Positions 1 to 13,000 of a stretch of DNA of 64,000 bases are shown one piece after another. Source of the stretch: Bugula neritina (lineage: Eukaryota > Animalia > Bryozoa); assembly GCA_964035545.1 (NCBI GenBank), contig OZ037765.1, positions 12,410,698-12,474,697 on the forward strand, in the 5' to 3' direction. Positions within the stretch are counted from its first letter, which is position 1, and the number at the start of each line of letters is the position of its first letter. Under the pieces are notes generated by a model that saw only the letters and a list, made by a program, of their open reading frames with translations, was not told the DNA's origin and made no database searches. The translations under genes were made by a program, and so were the position numbers.

Positions 1-233
1 GCTTTGCTTTACAAGGAGACAATTTCTTATTCTACAAAGTTCCTCTATACAAAAAGTTTTAAGAACCTGCTTCAGAGTACCTTAAAGTATTTGCAGTATT
101 TTTCCTTAACTATTGTATAATTCCACATAATAAATTCTTTAGAGTACTTTTGCATATAGAAATGAAGCATTATATTACTTGTTGTCACAATAGCATATAA
201 AACACAGTGTTAATCTAATTTATTTTAACTTAC

Positions 234-3200
234 ATAGGATCTTTGATCAGCAGTTGTTTAATAAAATCTTTGCAGTCATCTGTTATAGCCTCAAATTCCT
301 CAGCATCAAAGTTGAATTTTACTCGAAGTATATTGGATATCGTTTCATTGTCATTTTGAGCAAGAAATGGTGACAATCCGGACACACTACAATATTAATA
401 CTGTCTACCTGGTGTTCATAGTTCTGATGGAAATGATCCTATACATGCAGTAGAATATGGTAACTTATGTAGATATCATATATATTATATAATTAAAAAA
501 ATAAATGCAACGTTAAGTTTTAAAAAGCATGTAGCTGGAATTTTTAAAGTTTGACCGATATTTTAGTATGTGACTACACATACAGCACGTAGCATATGAC
601 TCCAACACTCCACATATCTGTTGCCGGAGAAACATCTTCAAAATTGGCCACTTCTGGAGCCATGAACTCTAGAGTTCCAGCCATAGTTCGGATTCCACAG
701 CCTTTATTATAAGTCAATGCTAAGCCAAAGTCTATAATCTTTACTCGAGTTCCAGTAGTTGCAACACAAACTATATTTTCAGGCTAAAAGTAATGCAATT
801 TAATTAGGATTGCCCACATTTATGTTGTTCGACTTTTCAGATAACATATGGTTATAAATCATAGTTATTTGTTCATTTATCTAAGTTTCACAGCAAAAAA
901 AATGTAAAAATCAAATATGAAAAGCTTGTTAAAACAAAATAGATAGGTCGAAAAATTAGGTCTCAGTTAAATTGTGTAAGACTTATCGTGCCATACCTTC
1001 ATGTCCAGGTGAATTACGTTTTGAGAGTGAATAAAAGCCATTCCATCCACTATCTGTCTCATAAACAAAATTGCTACTCTTTCTGTCAGGTCAAAGTTGT
1101 CATTAACAACTCTGTCAAATAGTTCACCGCCTAAAACTCTATAAAAGTATAACAAACAGCTACAATCAATGTTGAAAATCAATACTTCATAAAAAGATAG
1201 AAATGTAGCGAGCAACTAGAGTTGTGTGCTCTTGAGGTATTACATGTCGCCTAGTGTACTCTTTACATGACATCGGGGGGGGGGGGGGGGGGGGGGGGGG
1301 GTTTCATGGCACTTTTAAAAATGATGCAAACTTTAACAGTTTGTATATTTTTTTACTAACTGACTACATACTAAGTGACTATATCTACTTTATCACTCTG
1401 TATTAGATGCACTTTCCAACAGGTTTATAAGAGACTAACTTGTAACTGTCATTATATGTAATTGTGTTTTGCCGTCAAAGTGTACAATCAAATTCCTATT
1501 TCTTCTCAAACAACTTTTTTTAAACACATGCTAACTAAAATTTTAGATTAGAAAAAATACAATCAAAGCAAATATTATCTTTTAGCTGAAACTTGTTTTA
1601 AGCATCTTTAAGCTTGTTATCTCAACTTTGATTACTGTACTAAGGACTGCAAGTTTTCACTCTATGTTACCAATGCAAACCACATTAATTTGGACTTAAC
1701 CTATCAAACTGAGATTTCTTAAAGTGCCAATAATTTTGATTCCTACAAGTTTAAAGTTACACATACTTTCCTTTTACACAATGCCCCACAAATATGTATG
1801 TATTTTGTTACTTTTGGATGGTTATTTTAGCATTTGAAGTTGTTTTCTCTCTGAATCTCTGAGTACGTATATTTATAGCATATAGCACTTTTATAATTCT
1901 TTTGGTGTATAACATTAGCCAATGGAAATTATATCCAGCTGTAGTGAAAAGCAGTTGACAATATTTTGCAAAATGGCCAAATTCTCAGCCTAGTGAAAAT
2001 TAATCAAAAATCACAAAAAAACATACTTTTTAGCTTCGCACTCAGAACATAAAATGATGATTCTGAAAAGTCTGAATAACAGAATATTCTACTACATGGT
2101 GGAGCTTTTGCCTTAGTGGTAATGTTTACTAGATTACTAAAATATTGTAGCAAATTTTTCTGTAGAAACAAGAACCACTCATAAGGTGCTGTTAGGAATA
2201 TTTCCATGAACTTATATCAGCAAATTTACTAAAACCTTAAAATTTATAGTGCAACATAAAAACTGTAAGGATGTTGCTGTTACAAATAAGCATGTTTTAG
2301 TGATTTTTTACAGTGAACTAAATGTGCATTAAATTTTATCCATTAGCTAGCTATTAACTTACAACTTATCTTTCTTTGTAGCCTAATTGATAAGAAACAT
2401 GCATGCAATTTGATTGATTCACACTCATATTATGCACACAGATATGGCTCAATAGAGCATTAACATTTTGTTTTACAATGCCTCTTATACAGTAGCCAGG
2501 TCAATGGCTTAACATTTAATAATTTATACCTTGTCAGATATATTGTAGAGATTTACAATCATAACTTTACTATCAATCCATACTAAAGATATACATGACA
2601 AGCAGTTGCTCCTTAGTAGTGTCAGTACAGAGAAGGCTCAGAGTATATATACACTTAGGGTTACATAGGATGCAAAGATGTGAGAGAAAGTTTGTTGTGA
2701 AATTTGTAAATAAGGCATGTTGCACATGAAGTGTTGTTTTCTAACAGCCTGCATGGTATATACAAACTCTACTGTTTCTGCTAATGAGCTTCCAATACAC
2801 TGACCGAAAAGTTGATTACCATATTATATTGATACTTGATAATACAACCTCACTCTTTTAGCTAGTTTCAAAAACAAATTTAAGTTGTGATTTATTTCAA
2901 ACATACTTATATAACTAGATAAATAAATGGAGTTTTCATCTTCAACATGCCTAACAGTTTTAAGCTTACTAAGAATAACTTGAAACGTTTCTCAGGGCAA
3001 CTTACAGCTCCATAACAATACACATCTGCCTGTCCTTCTCAAACGCGTCGTATATTTGCAATATCCTATTGTGGTGCAACTTTGATTGAATTTCTATTTC
3101 CCTTTTCACTGCTGCCTTATCTGTGTCACAATGGACGGTGATGAACTTTGCTGCCAGCTTTAAACCTGTTGTTTTTTCTTCGCATCTCTTCACTTCACCA

Positions 3201-4721
3201 AACTTCCCTCTAAAGGATATGATTTAACTTAGAAATAAAATACGCAGCACAGTTCAATCTCAAATCTGAGCAGTTATATTAAGTGTTTAAGCAAAGTGTT
3301 GGTCTGATGTGAAGAAACAATGTGCTGGAAATTGTCCGACTACTTTGTGATAAGAAGCACTTGGTTGTACTAGTTAAGATATTCAGAAGTTAAACGTTTG
3401 TATGGAGCTATGTTGCATAGTCTATAACAAGGAGATGGTCATATACTGTATAGGAAGCATGTATATTGTATATCATACATGTCCAACGGATTACAGTCAT
3501 TTATATTTGCCTGAGCTTTTTATTAACAAAAACTTTGCTTTTATTTATACTAAAACGATGATAGTGTGAACAAGCTTTACTTGATGCTACAAGCATCTAG
3601 TCAATGCTCCCAAGTTAAGTTGCTCTAAACAAGAAACAACAAAACTATCTTATATCCCCTAACTGCCTAGGGTAATTACTGCATTTTTCTAAAGGTCTAC
3701 TTTACAACCAAGCTGTCTAGTTAAATGTTAATCATAAAATGCTAATATAATATCTACATGAGCCATTGTAAGTTACTGTAGGTTAATTTGTAATTATTCC
3801 ATACATTCGAGTGAATAATAATGGAAGCTGTTATAGCATGCATATCTATAAATGATAGGGCTACCTTCCTAGCAGTTCTCCTACATTGAAGCCCCTTGTA
3901 ACCCACTTATCTTTATGTATTGCAATTTCTCTTGGCTCAAAAGGTGGCTCTTCACCTAAAAACACACACTGCTTAATAAACAAAGCTCATCCAACTGAAA
4001 AATATAATATTTTCATATTTATAACATATATTCTCATATTTCAAATCGAGCTTAAAATAAAATGCACATATAGTCTACATGGCATGTCTATCCCAAGCTT
4101 TACAAAGATCAATGAATAAACTTGATTACATTTATTAAACATAGTTTGTGGCAGTATTTTTTCCAGCATAGATTGTTAGTACATTCAGCTCTAAACTTTG
4201 GGAGTATTTTTTTTACTTGTTTTGAACTTATATTACATAGAATTAAAAATTTTCAACAGCTGATGATGCTTGTTTGAATTACAGATAACTATCTTGATTC
4301 AATGGCCAATTGTCATTAATTATTAAGTTTTGCTGAGGCCTTTTTTACTCATTTGTCTTGTCATTGAAAAAGATAACAAGCTTATTTCTCAAGTTTTAAA
4401 GCCAATTCAATAATAACACCCAGCAATAATTAATAAATAAGTTACACAATTTTTCAGTGACCTACATATTAATTTACTCATCATGATTTAAATATTTTGT
4501 GTATTATGAGTTTTTTCTCTTAAAATGCTAATTGTTCCTATTTTGGGAATTTTTAAAGTTGCCACAGCCAAACCAGTGCTTGAAGAAACAAATAATTTGG
4601 TTCAATACTTGAAGTATTACCCAAAGATTGTAGGTAGAAATACAGATATCTTCTAATTCTTACCTTCTTCTTCTGGATCAATTGCAGTTTTCTTTGCGTA
4701 AGCTACTTTCCTTCTACTCAT
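234..4721 (-). CDS. Myosin light chain kinase-like Ser/Thr kinase, short kinase-only form; spliced, 3' end probably outside the window
   Basis: Exons ~4664-4721 (MSRRKVAYAKK), 3865-3955 (EEPPFEPREI...GELLGR), 3006-3209 (GKFGEVKRC...AAKFI), ~997-1138 (GGELFDRV...HLDMK), ~583-784 (PENI...IDFGLA...GTLEFMAPE...DMWSVGVICY), ~234-388 (SGLSPFL...LLIKDP). GT-AG boundaries; phases checked for the first three exons. Confidence 0.88.
1275..1301. repeat. Poly-G tract (~27 nt) in a kinase intron
   Basis: Homopolymer visible directly. Confidence 0.9.
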
Positions 4722-4866
4722 GGTGGATGGCAACTTCAACTTTATAAATGCAATATATTTTCGACCATGTCATGAACCTCTAAGACCAGTTTTTAAGGTT
4801 TGATATACTATGTGATGCTTCTACTATAATCTATCAGTAAGAGAGTTAATAGTAGATGCTAATTAT

Positions 4867-5149
4867 CAGCTGCAAGGTGTACACCAGCTGCACAAGAACT
4901 GCTGTACAGGTTACAAGATATGCTGGCAGCTGCAGTAGAGCCTTATATAATGCACAGTAATAGCTTGCAGAGAGATTGTATAATAATGAGGTCTAGTGGA
5001 AGAAAGAAACTACTGCCTAATTATTAACAAAGTAAAAAATGGTTGGATCAGTCAACACAGTCCAGGTGAACATTTATTAGGCTTTAACCTGCTAATTTCT
5101 TCAGCTGTTGCAGTCAGCAGACAAACTACAGAGCTGAATGGAACAGATG
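4867..5149 (-). promoter_or_regulatory. Putative kinase promoter: TATA box plus E-box cluster
   Basis: TTATATAA at 4943-4950; CAGCTG at 4867, 4885, 4927, 5102; CAGGTG at 5063; CAGATG at 5144; all within ~430 bp of the ATG at 4721. Confidence 0.4.
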
Positions 5150-6141
5150 TATGTATAGTGTATGTGTGCCTGTAGACCATAGCCAGCTCAAAAACAGTTG
5201 TTATTTAGTATTTTTCTTTAGTACAAAACTTAAAATAAACTGGTAACCAATATTAACATGTTCATCGGTGAATGTGGCTGGTAACAAAGCTTTCAATACT
5301 TGAACTACTTTGACAATTGTCACTTGTCTTGACAGTTTATAGCCATATTCTGTGGACTGTTGAATTTGTTTACGGAAATACCAGTAAGCATGATGAGTGA
5401 ATAGTTAACACTAGCACCATTTTGGTGCAGCAATAGAGAAATTTCAACAGCCTAAAATCATTCATTTATTCAATTGATTTTAGTTTGGGGTACGAGTTGA
5501 AGTTCTTGAGAACATAACTTCTTTGGCTAAATTTCTGATCTAGACCATAGCTTTTCTCAATTTTTCCATACACTTCTTAGATAATTGATGACAATATTTT
5601 TCTCAAAAACACTAATTGGAATTTATAGTTTATATGCCTAACATCACAAATAACATCTGAATTAGTAAACATTACATTGTACTCAACCACATACATAATA
5701 AATTAGTATCTATGCTCAAGACCATGCACTGCTTTAGGCAAATGTACATCCCATAAAATATATAAACAAATTGTGAAGACAACTCTATAAGCTGAATCAT
5801 TGAGGCACCTACATTATACATATAAATTTGTAAACTATATTTGCATTAGGGCCATTAAAAAGGATTACATAGATTGATATAATAAATATGTTGAAACATG
5901 CTAGCTCCATCCAAACTATAAAACTTTAAAGCAGGTTTGAGAAGTCTACATATAACCAAGTACCATACAACACATGCTTCCTTTTGACTTTTAGTTCACA
6001 GTTTTTGCATCAACAGTCAGCTAATGTACCTTATGGTAATTGAAGAACATTGAAACTTTACACTAAATGTAAGATTGTTTTACAAATAAAATATATTTTT
6101 AACTTCAATTCAATAGAATAAAGTAAAAATTAATACAAAAG

Positions 6142-6630
6142 TTATGTAGTGTTAACAGATAGTTTGTAGCTGTCACAAATTGATGGTCGATTATCCACAC
6201 TATTTTCATCAGAGTACAAAATTTTTATACACAGACTGCAGGACAAACAGGCAGCATATTGATATTTCAACTGAATGTCTATTTCAGAAAGAACATATTC
6301 ATCGCCACAACGGCATGGATATGTGTACAACTGTCTTTCAGCATCACTATTGTCACAATCAAGGTCATCAAAATATACAGTGTCTTGCACTGGCAGTTCT
6401 TGATAGGTTTGAAGATGCTGATATCGTATATCATATTCTTTTTTCAACTTTGGATCTTTCAGTATGCCATAGGCATTATTAATTTTCACAAATATTTTTT
6501 GATGTTTAAGTGTATCTCCTCCAACGTGATGATCTGGGTGGTGGCGTCGAGCTAGCTCTTTAAATTTCTGCTTAATTTGTTGATCAGAAGCTTCAGCTGA
6601 ACATTCTAGAACTTTATACAGATCTTCCAT
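6142..6630 (-). CDS. DNAJC24: DnaJ subfamily C member 24 (diphthamide biosynthesis DPH4): J domain + CSL zinc finger
   Basis: MEDLYKVL...RRHHPD (HPD motif)...INNAYGILKDP, then YTYPCRCG...CLSCSL. A splice acceptor near 6643 suggests the ATG at 6630 is the real start, not 6735. Confidence 0.92.
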   Translation of the reverse strand: MEDLYKVLECSAEASDQQIKQKFKELARRHHPDHHVGGDTLKHQKIFVKINNAYGILKDPKLKKEYDIRYQHLQTYQELPVQDTVYFDDLDCDNSDAERQLYTYPCRCGDEYVLSEIDIQLKYQYAACLSCSLCIKILYSDENSVDNRPSICDSYKLSVNTT

Positions 6631-7738
6631 ATCTAGCTGTAACCTACATTCCATAGCAATCAATAAGATAACGCAAGTAAAGCATAAGCAAACTGTTGAT
6701 ATAATATAACACAAATATTGTAATTGCCTTCTCATAAAAAGTTTTGCTAGTTAGTGAGCCAGGGTTGGATCAATATCCAAATTTTGATTTGCAAATTTAT
6801 CGCCATGTAATTTATAAAATGATAAAGCAGTAAATTATAAAAAATATATGACAAGTTTATAAGTCAAAATAAATGTAAATGTTTATGTCAAAATAGTCAT
6901 TTATAAATAGATAAAAAATAAAATTTTCAATTAAAAACAGCGATTACAAAATTAATGAGTAGTACTGTGACACTGTACCGATGTCACTATTCCCTTAATT
7001 ACAGGATACAAATATGTTTTAAACTTTAAAGATAGGCATAATACTATACTAATAATAATACTAACTATTACTAACTAATAATTTACTAATACTAATAGTA
7101 ATTACAATGTGAATGGTTATAAATATAAAATTAAATTAAAATGCTTTTAATTCCATACTAACTAGTTCTACTACTAGACCTAGTAACTGAAACTCGACGT
7201 ATAATAAATAAAATTAGTGATAATCTTGATGTTCATCTTACACTAATCACTAATACTAATAGTAATGGTTATTTGAGAGTTTCAAAAAATGAGTGAAAAT
7301 TGAATTACTATAACTTAAAGTATAACATTAACTATTAAATTTAATTTTATTAACTTTTAGTTTTAGTTTTACTTTGCTTAAACTTTCCAGTGGTCTATTG
7401 CTTTTAAACTCAAATTGAAATTGACCACCAGAATAGTAATAATTGAAAGTACCAAAATATTAATTAAAACACTTCTTCTATGTCTAAGCGCATAATGATA
7501 AATGTTAATATTTATAATTATTTACAATTATGATTTGTCACACTCACTATGTGTACACAGTAGACCATAAAAATTGTTTCACCTTGACATAGTTTTGCTC
7601 TTAGTTGTAAGGTTGTGTTTTACTTATTGGTTATATGCATATATATTACAAATAACGTACTTATTGTATGCAATATTTTTAATGCTGGATCGCGGCTTAC
7701 AAATGAAGTTTGCGACACAACTAGCCTACTCTGATTGA

Positions 7739-7747
7739 CCCGGAAGT
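7739..7747. promoter_or_regulatory. ETS/GABP-type motif CCGGAAGT between the divergent DNAJC24 and PTPN9 genes
   Basis: Consensus ETS site in a small CpG-containing patch (7685-7805) within very AT-rich DNA. Confidence 0.4.
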
Positions 7748-10050
7748 TCACCACTTCCAATTCGCAAAATTAGTGCAAATAATAAAACCCAACATTGATC
7801 GAGAGTTTCTAGTGTCTATTTTTAGCCACAGGCATATTAAGATACTAATAGACTAAGGTGGCTGTAACTGCAATTTTACAGATTTATGTTTAATTATAAA
7901 TTTATTGCTTTTTCTACTTACCACTGATTCAGTTTTACTTTTAGTTTTAGTGATACTGATTTAGTGATTACATTTTCATTTTGATTTACTCATACTCATA
8001 GTCATACTGAATGAGTGAAAGTGAAAGTGAATCAAGTTCAAGTGAATCACCATCGGTGTCACTATGACTATGAGTATGACTATGACTATGAGTATCTCTA
8101 TCAGTTTCAGAATACTTATACTCATGCTAATAGTTATACTCATAAGTAGTATAGTTTAGTATAGTTTAAGTTATAGTAATACTAATTCAGTAATTGTTAA
8201 TGTTGAAGTTGAAGATAATGATAATGATAATCAATATCATAGCCATAATGTTAATTACTCATGCAAGTTTATATTCACCATCTCTGCGAGAAAAGCCCTG
8301 TTGGATAGGGTTTTTGTTTAATCGGGCTTAGGACTTATTCAGATTGGGCACAGTTGATGTTATTGTTATACTGATAGTAATACTTATACTCAATATGAAT
8401 CTCATAGTGATACTGATATACCTACTGATTTACTCAGTCTCAGTCTGAGTGAGAGTCAAGTTTAACAATAACTCTGAGCCACTCAATCATCGTGGTAATT
8501 TAATTATATTGATTGCTATTAGTAATGAGTATTAGACTTGGTATTGAGTATGAATAAATTATGTCTGTATCCAAATTTGAACTTAATGTTAATCTAAATC
8601 CTTATCTAATAGTTATTTTTATTTGAACTTCCATGTTTGCAATTTAGGTTAAACTTAATACTATGCCTATAGTTATTTCTATCAACTTTCAATTTTTGCT
8701 CTGGTAGTGGTTTTGCTTACCCTCACTTTCATTTTGAATTTCCACTTGATTTTAAGCTCGAAGAACTAGAATTAATACTACTAAAAGTTTGCTTATGGTT
8801 TTGTATTTTAATTTGTAAGCAATAAGTTAATGATAAAAAATCATAGTTGTGCTAAGCCTAATGCCAATGACAATGTTAATCATAAAGTGATAATGAATTG
8901 TATTCAATGGTAATGAATATTCATGCCGACGCTAAGCTGGATCAAAACCCTTTATCATAATAGTATTCATATTTATATGAATAATTATTATTTATTTTAA
9001 ATTACAACAAAAAGTTTAAGTAAATCATTGCTGACAATTGCTGATTGTAAGAATAGGATTTTTGAAATACTGTAACCATAGCTCTGAATCTAAGTATAAT
9101 TTAAACCTGTGTTAAATATTTATAGCTCATACATAAATTATAGTTGTTTTTGTATTAAATGAAAAAATTTATTGATAACTATTCGCTGATAAATTACCAT
9201 TGCTGTCATTAACTCTGAAATTTTTCATATAGTCTAAATGAAAAAAATAATCATACTCATATCGGTAGCAATACTCAATATCACACTCAAAGTTAGTCAT
9301 GTGTCAAATTATTAAAGCAGCTTTTAAACTCAATAGTGTTTTTGATTAATTTGCAATGGGACCAAATATTACATTGTTATTATGACATTTTCACAGTTAC
9401 TCGCTTTCTCCAGTTTTGCTATTAAATTTTAACTTGAATTGCTCAAAATACAAATTTATGACTCATTGTACATTTTTAATAGTCTATAACATAGTTGTAA
9501 TAGTCACTAATCGGTGGGCTTAGTATTTAGTAGATCTCTGATTGTATGCACTGCATAGCATCTAACAAGTGCAAAATAAAAATCCACACAAACTGTCACT
9601 TAGCATAGCGAATTTCAGTAATAGTGTATCAGAGAACGTAGTCGTACGAGTCGTAATTGCTGTACATTAATAAGTAATGGGAACTTCTAGACCACAACCG
9701 AATTAAATTATTGAACAGAAGTGTTAGTTAATAGTTATAGTGAAAGTCTGATTTTAGTTGCTAACTAACCCACACATTTTAGCTGTATTTTTATAATAAA
9801 TTTCAAATTATGCATGTTTTAGTCATTTAAATTTTAATGTGTTTCTTATTCAACTTGTTCTTTTGAGTCACCTAGTTAGCTTACTTGATTTCTGTAATTT
9901 GCGCTAATGGTTCATTTTGGAAAAAGTGGAAGTGTTCATAAGTATTATTAATTACAGTAGATTTGTATGCAATGAGTATGTTTTTCTTTCAATCATCCTT
10001 AAAATTCAATTTTTTAGTTTTTGGGTTGATTAATCCTAAGAATCCTCATC

Positions 10051-13000
10051 ATGATGGGTGACTTGGATGAAAAGGAAGAGCAGGTATGCACTATGTGCAG
10101 TGTAATTATCTTCAGCTTTTTATTTCTTTATATTTTTGAAGCTGTCTATAGTCAACCCAAAGCTGGCTTAAATCATTTACCTTGAGATGAAATTATTCAA
10201 CATTGGAATTTCTTGAGTATTCTAAAGCTAAGTGATTACACATTTTTTTAGTATGTTACATACCAGTGTTGTTGGTGGACAATACATGTTGAAATATAAT
10301 TAAACACTATTCTGCTCATTAAGAAGCTAAATATTATTGGGTACATAAAGTTGAAAATATTGTTATGGTACAAGATGCTGAAATTTGTTCAATTTTTGTA
10401 TTCTTCAGCCTAAACTAGCCATTTTTTTAAGAAAACAGTTATTTACTTTAATTTTTGGAAATAAGCTTTATTTGGAGTGATTACTTCGCTGCATGCAATG
10501 AAGGACATGATTTTAATGCAAAATTTATTGCTGCAAAATATTTAATAGATTGCCAAGGAATTCCTTGAAGAAATCAATGCCATCAGAAGACAGTCCAACA
10601 GCAGTCCAATATCTTGGAAAGATGCTGTGAAATTCTGCATGGCTCGAAAGTTTAACAAGGAACGTGCAATAGAATTACAAAAAAATCATTCGGTAAATAC
10701 TACGAGTCATCCATATTTTGTTATAGGGCTCTTTAGCATAAGGACCTGTTATGTTTTTGAGTGTGCGAGGTTTGTAGTGCGCTGTATGGTCACCTGGTGT
10801 GATATTACTAATGATATGTTTTACTCAGTATATAACAGTAATCCTTGTCTACCCCTTCTATATCTTTCTATGAAGTTTCTATTGCTAACCTTTAGCCTAT
10901 ATTCTCACTGATAGCTGAAACCGTTGCATCTATGCTGTGAACATTCGAACAGCTGACTGCAGTAAAAGATTTATTTTAAAATTTGAAAACAGCTCAATTT
11001 AAGTTGTATCAATTGAATTAATCAGAAATTAGATAACCCATGGATGTGATGCACGTAATTGTATATTCTGATGCACTATTTCATGTGTAGGAAGTCTGGG
11101 TTAAAGAACGTTTAATAAACATCAACCCGTGCAGAGAAGATGTAAGGAAAGAGTTAGTTAGTGGTAAACTCACTATTTTGGTACGTGCTGTATAACATTC
11201 CGCTTACTCTCCTCTCCTATTGCTAGTAGTCTATAACTGGCTGTCATTTGATTGGCTTAGAAATCAAATCTAGTGACATATTTTGGCGCATGCTGAATGC
11301 CTATTTATCACAGCTGTGCATCTGGCTACTTGTCCATGGCTCAGCCTATGATTCTATCGCCTTGATTCTGAATGAAATGAAGTGATTTGTCTTCTCTCGT
11401 AGGACTCGAGAGATGCGAATGGTGCTGCTATTGCTTTGTTTACTGCTAGATTTCACAATCCCCTAGCATCATCAAGGAATGTTACTTTGCAATCACTAGT
11501 CTATCAGCTTGATGCTGCTTTAGATAGGTGAGTATAACATGCGACGCTCTTCTGCCGCACCATTTCTTGTTTCAAAGTGCAGTTATATAATCACAGCTCA
11601 TTAATGTTAGGTCTTGTTTTTATTTACACCACATAGATATTAGTTGTTCTGCTGGTTTTTCAGTGTGGAGACGCAGAGAAATGGTTTGGTGTTTGTATAT
11701 GATATGACAGAGTCTAAATTCAGCAACTTTGACTATGAGCTTAGTGCGAAGATTCTCGATTTACTCAAGGTACGTACACTGTGTGTAAAGTAGATATATG
11801 GTTCTCAATTTTATTTTATTTTTTCATTAATAACGCTTCTTCCTTTTTTGTAAAGATTTAATAGGAAAAGTCTTCCTTATTGAAGTCATATTCTCTAGTT
11901 ACTAGTACTATCCATATTGCTACTGTTTTCCTGTGTATGGCCTGTAATTTTTAGAGATCAAATTGAAGCTATGATTATTTTTACCCAATATTCAACTCTA
12001 TCAGTGATTGGTTTATTTTCAGTGTGCCTATTTCGAAATAATGATCACTATTTAGTGCTTCAATATCATATGAGTCATCAGCCCTTTTGGGGGGGGGGCA
12101 TACATACAAATATCCTTGGTACTGGTCTGAAAGAGGAGAAATAAAAACATGTACAACTTATTTGTTTATTTTGACAGCATTGAATGAGTGCCGTCAATTA
12201 TGAATGGTTGTCATTGTACTGCTTATTTAATATGGATAAGCAAGAAAAATGTGCTGTATTTGTATCTTATTGAATAGGGTTCCTTTCCTGCCAGACTAAA
12301 AAAGGTTCTCATAGTTCTGGCGCCACTGTGGTTCAAAGCTCCTTTCAAAATTCTTAGACTATTTGTGAGGGAGAAGTTACGAGAGCGGGTAAGCCGTCTT
12401 TTATATTCTTTTTTTGCTGTATGATATTTACATTCATTTACTTTTTCCTTTTAATGTTTTTTCATGCGAGTGAGACTTAATATAAAGATCTATATTCTTA
12501 TATGATGGTGTGATAAATTATATTAAGCACATGGGTTTGATTGTGTTTTACGTGAGATTATTACATTACCGTGTATTTTCTTTAGGTCTACACAGTTGAT
12601 GACACGGAAATACTTCAGCATATTGCAGCAACTTCTCTCCCCACTCATCTGGGTGGTGTGCACACAGTAGATCACATGTCATGGCTACAACGATGCTTAT
12701 TATTACACAGAGTGCCCGATCCTGCCATGCAAGCCTTCTTTGATAAAACTGAGCCACCTAATTATATGACCTCTAAGTTTGCTGCTCATGCTGCCAATGT
12801 AGCCGGTACACTTGAATTTTTAATTCTTTTGTGAACTTTTTTTTGTTTTAAATTGCATAATTTTGAAATAAATGATTTAGATAATACCTATAAATATTAT
12901 GTCAATTATATAATGGGTGTATTTCTAAAGCTGCCACTTCACTTGCTGTTTTGTAATCTTATATGTTTCCTGTGTAATAAACTAGTCAACAGATAATGTT

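Noticed and set aside
6631-6735. Hydrophobic N-terminal extension of DNAJC24 in the ORF track
   Set aside because: Probably intron upstream of the acceptor near 6643; DPH4 proteins begin at the J domain.
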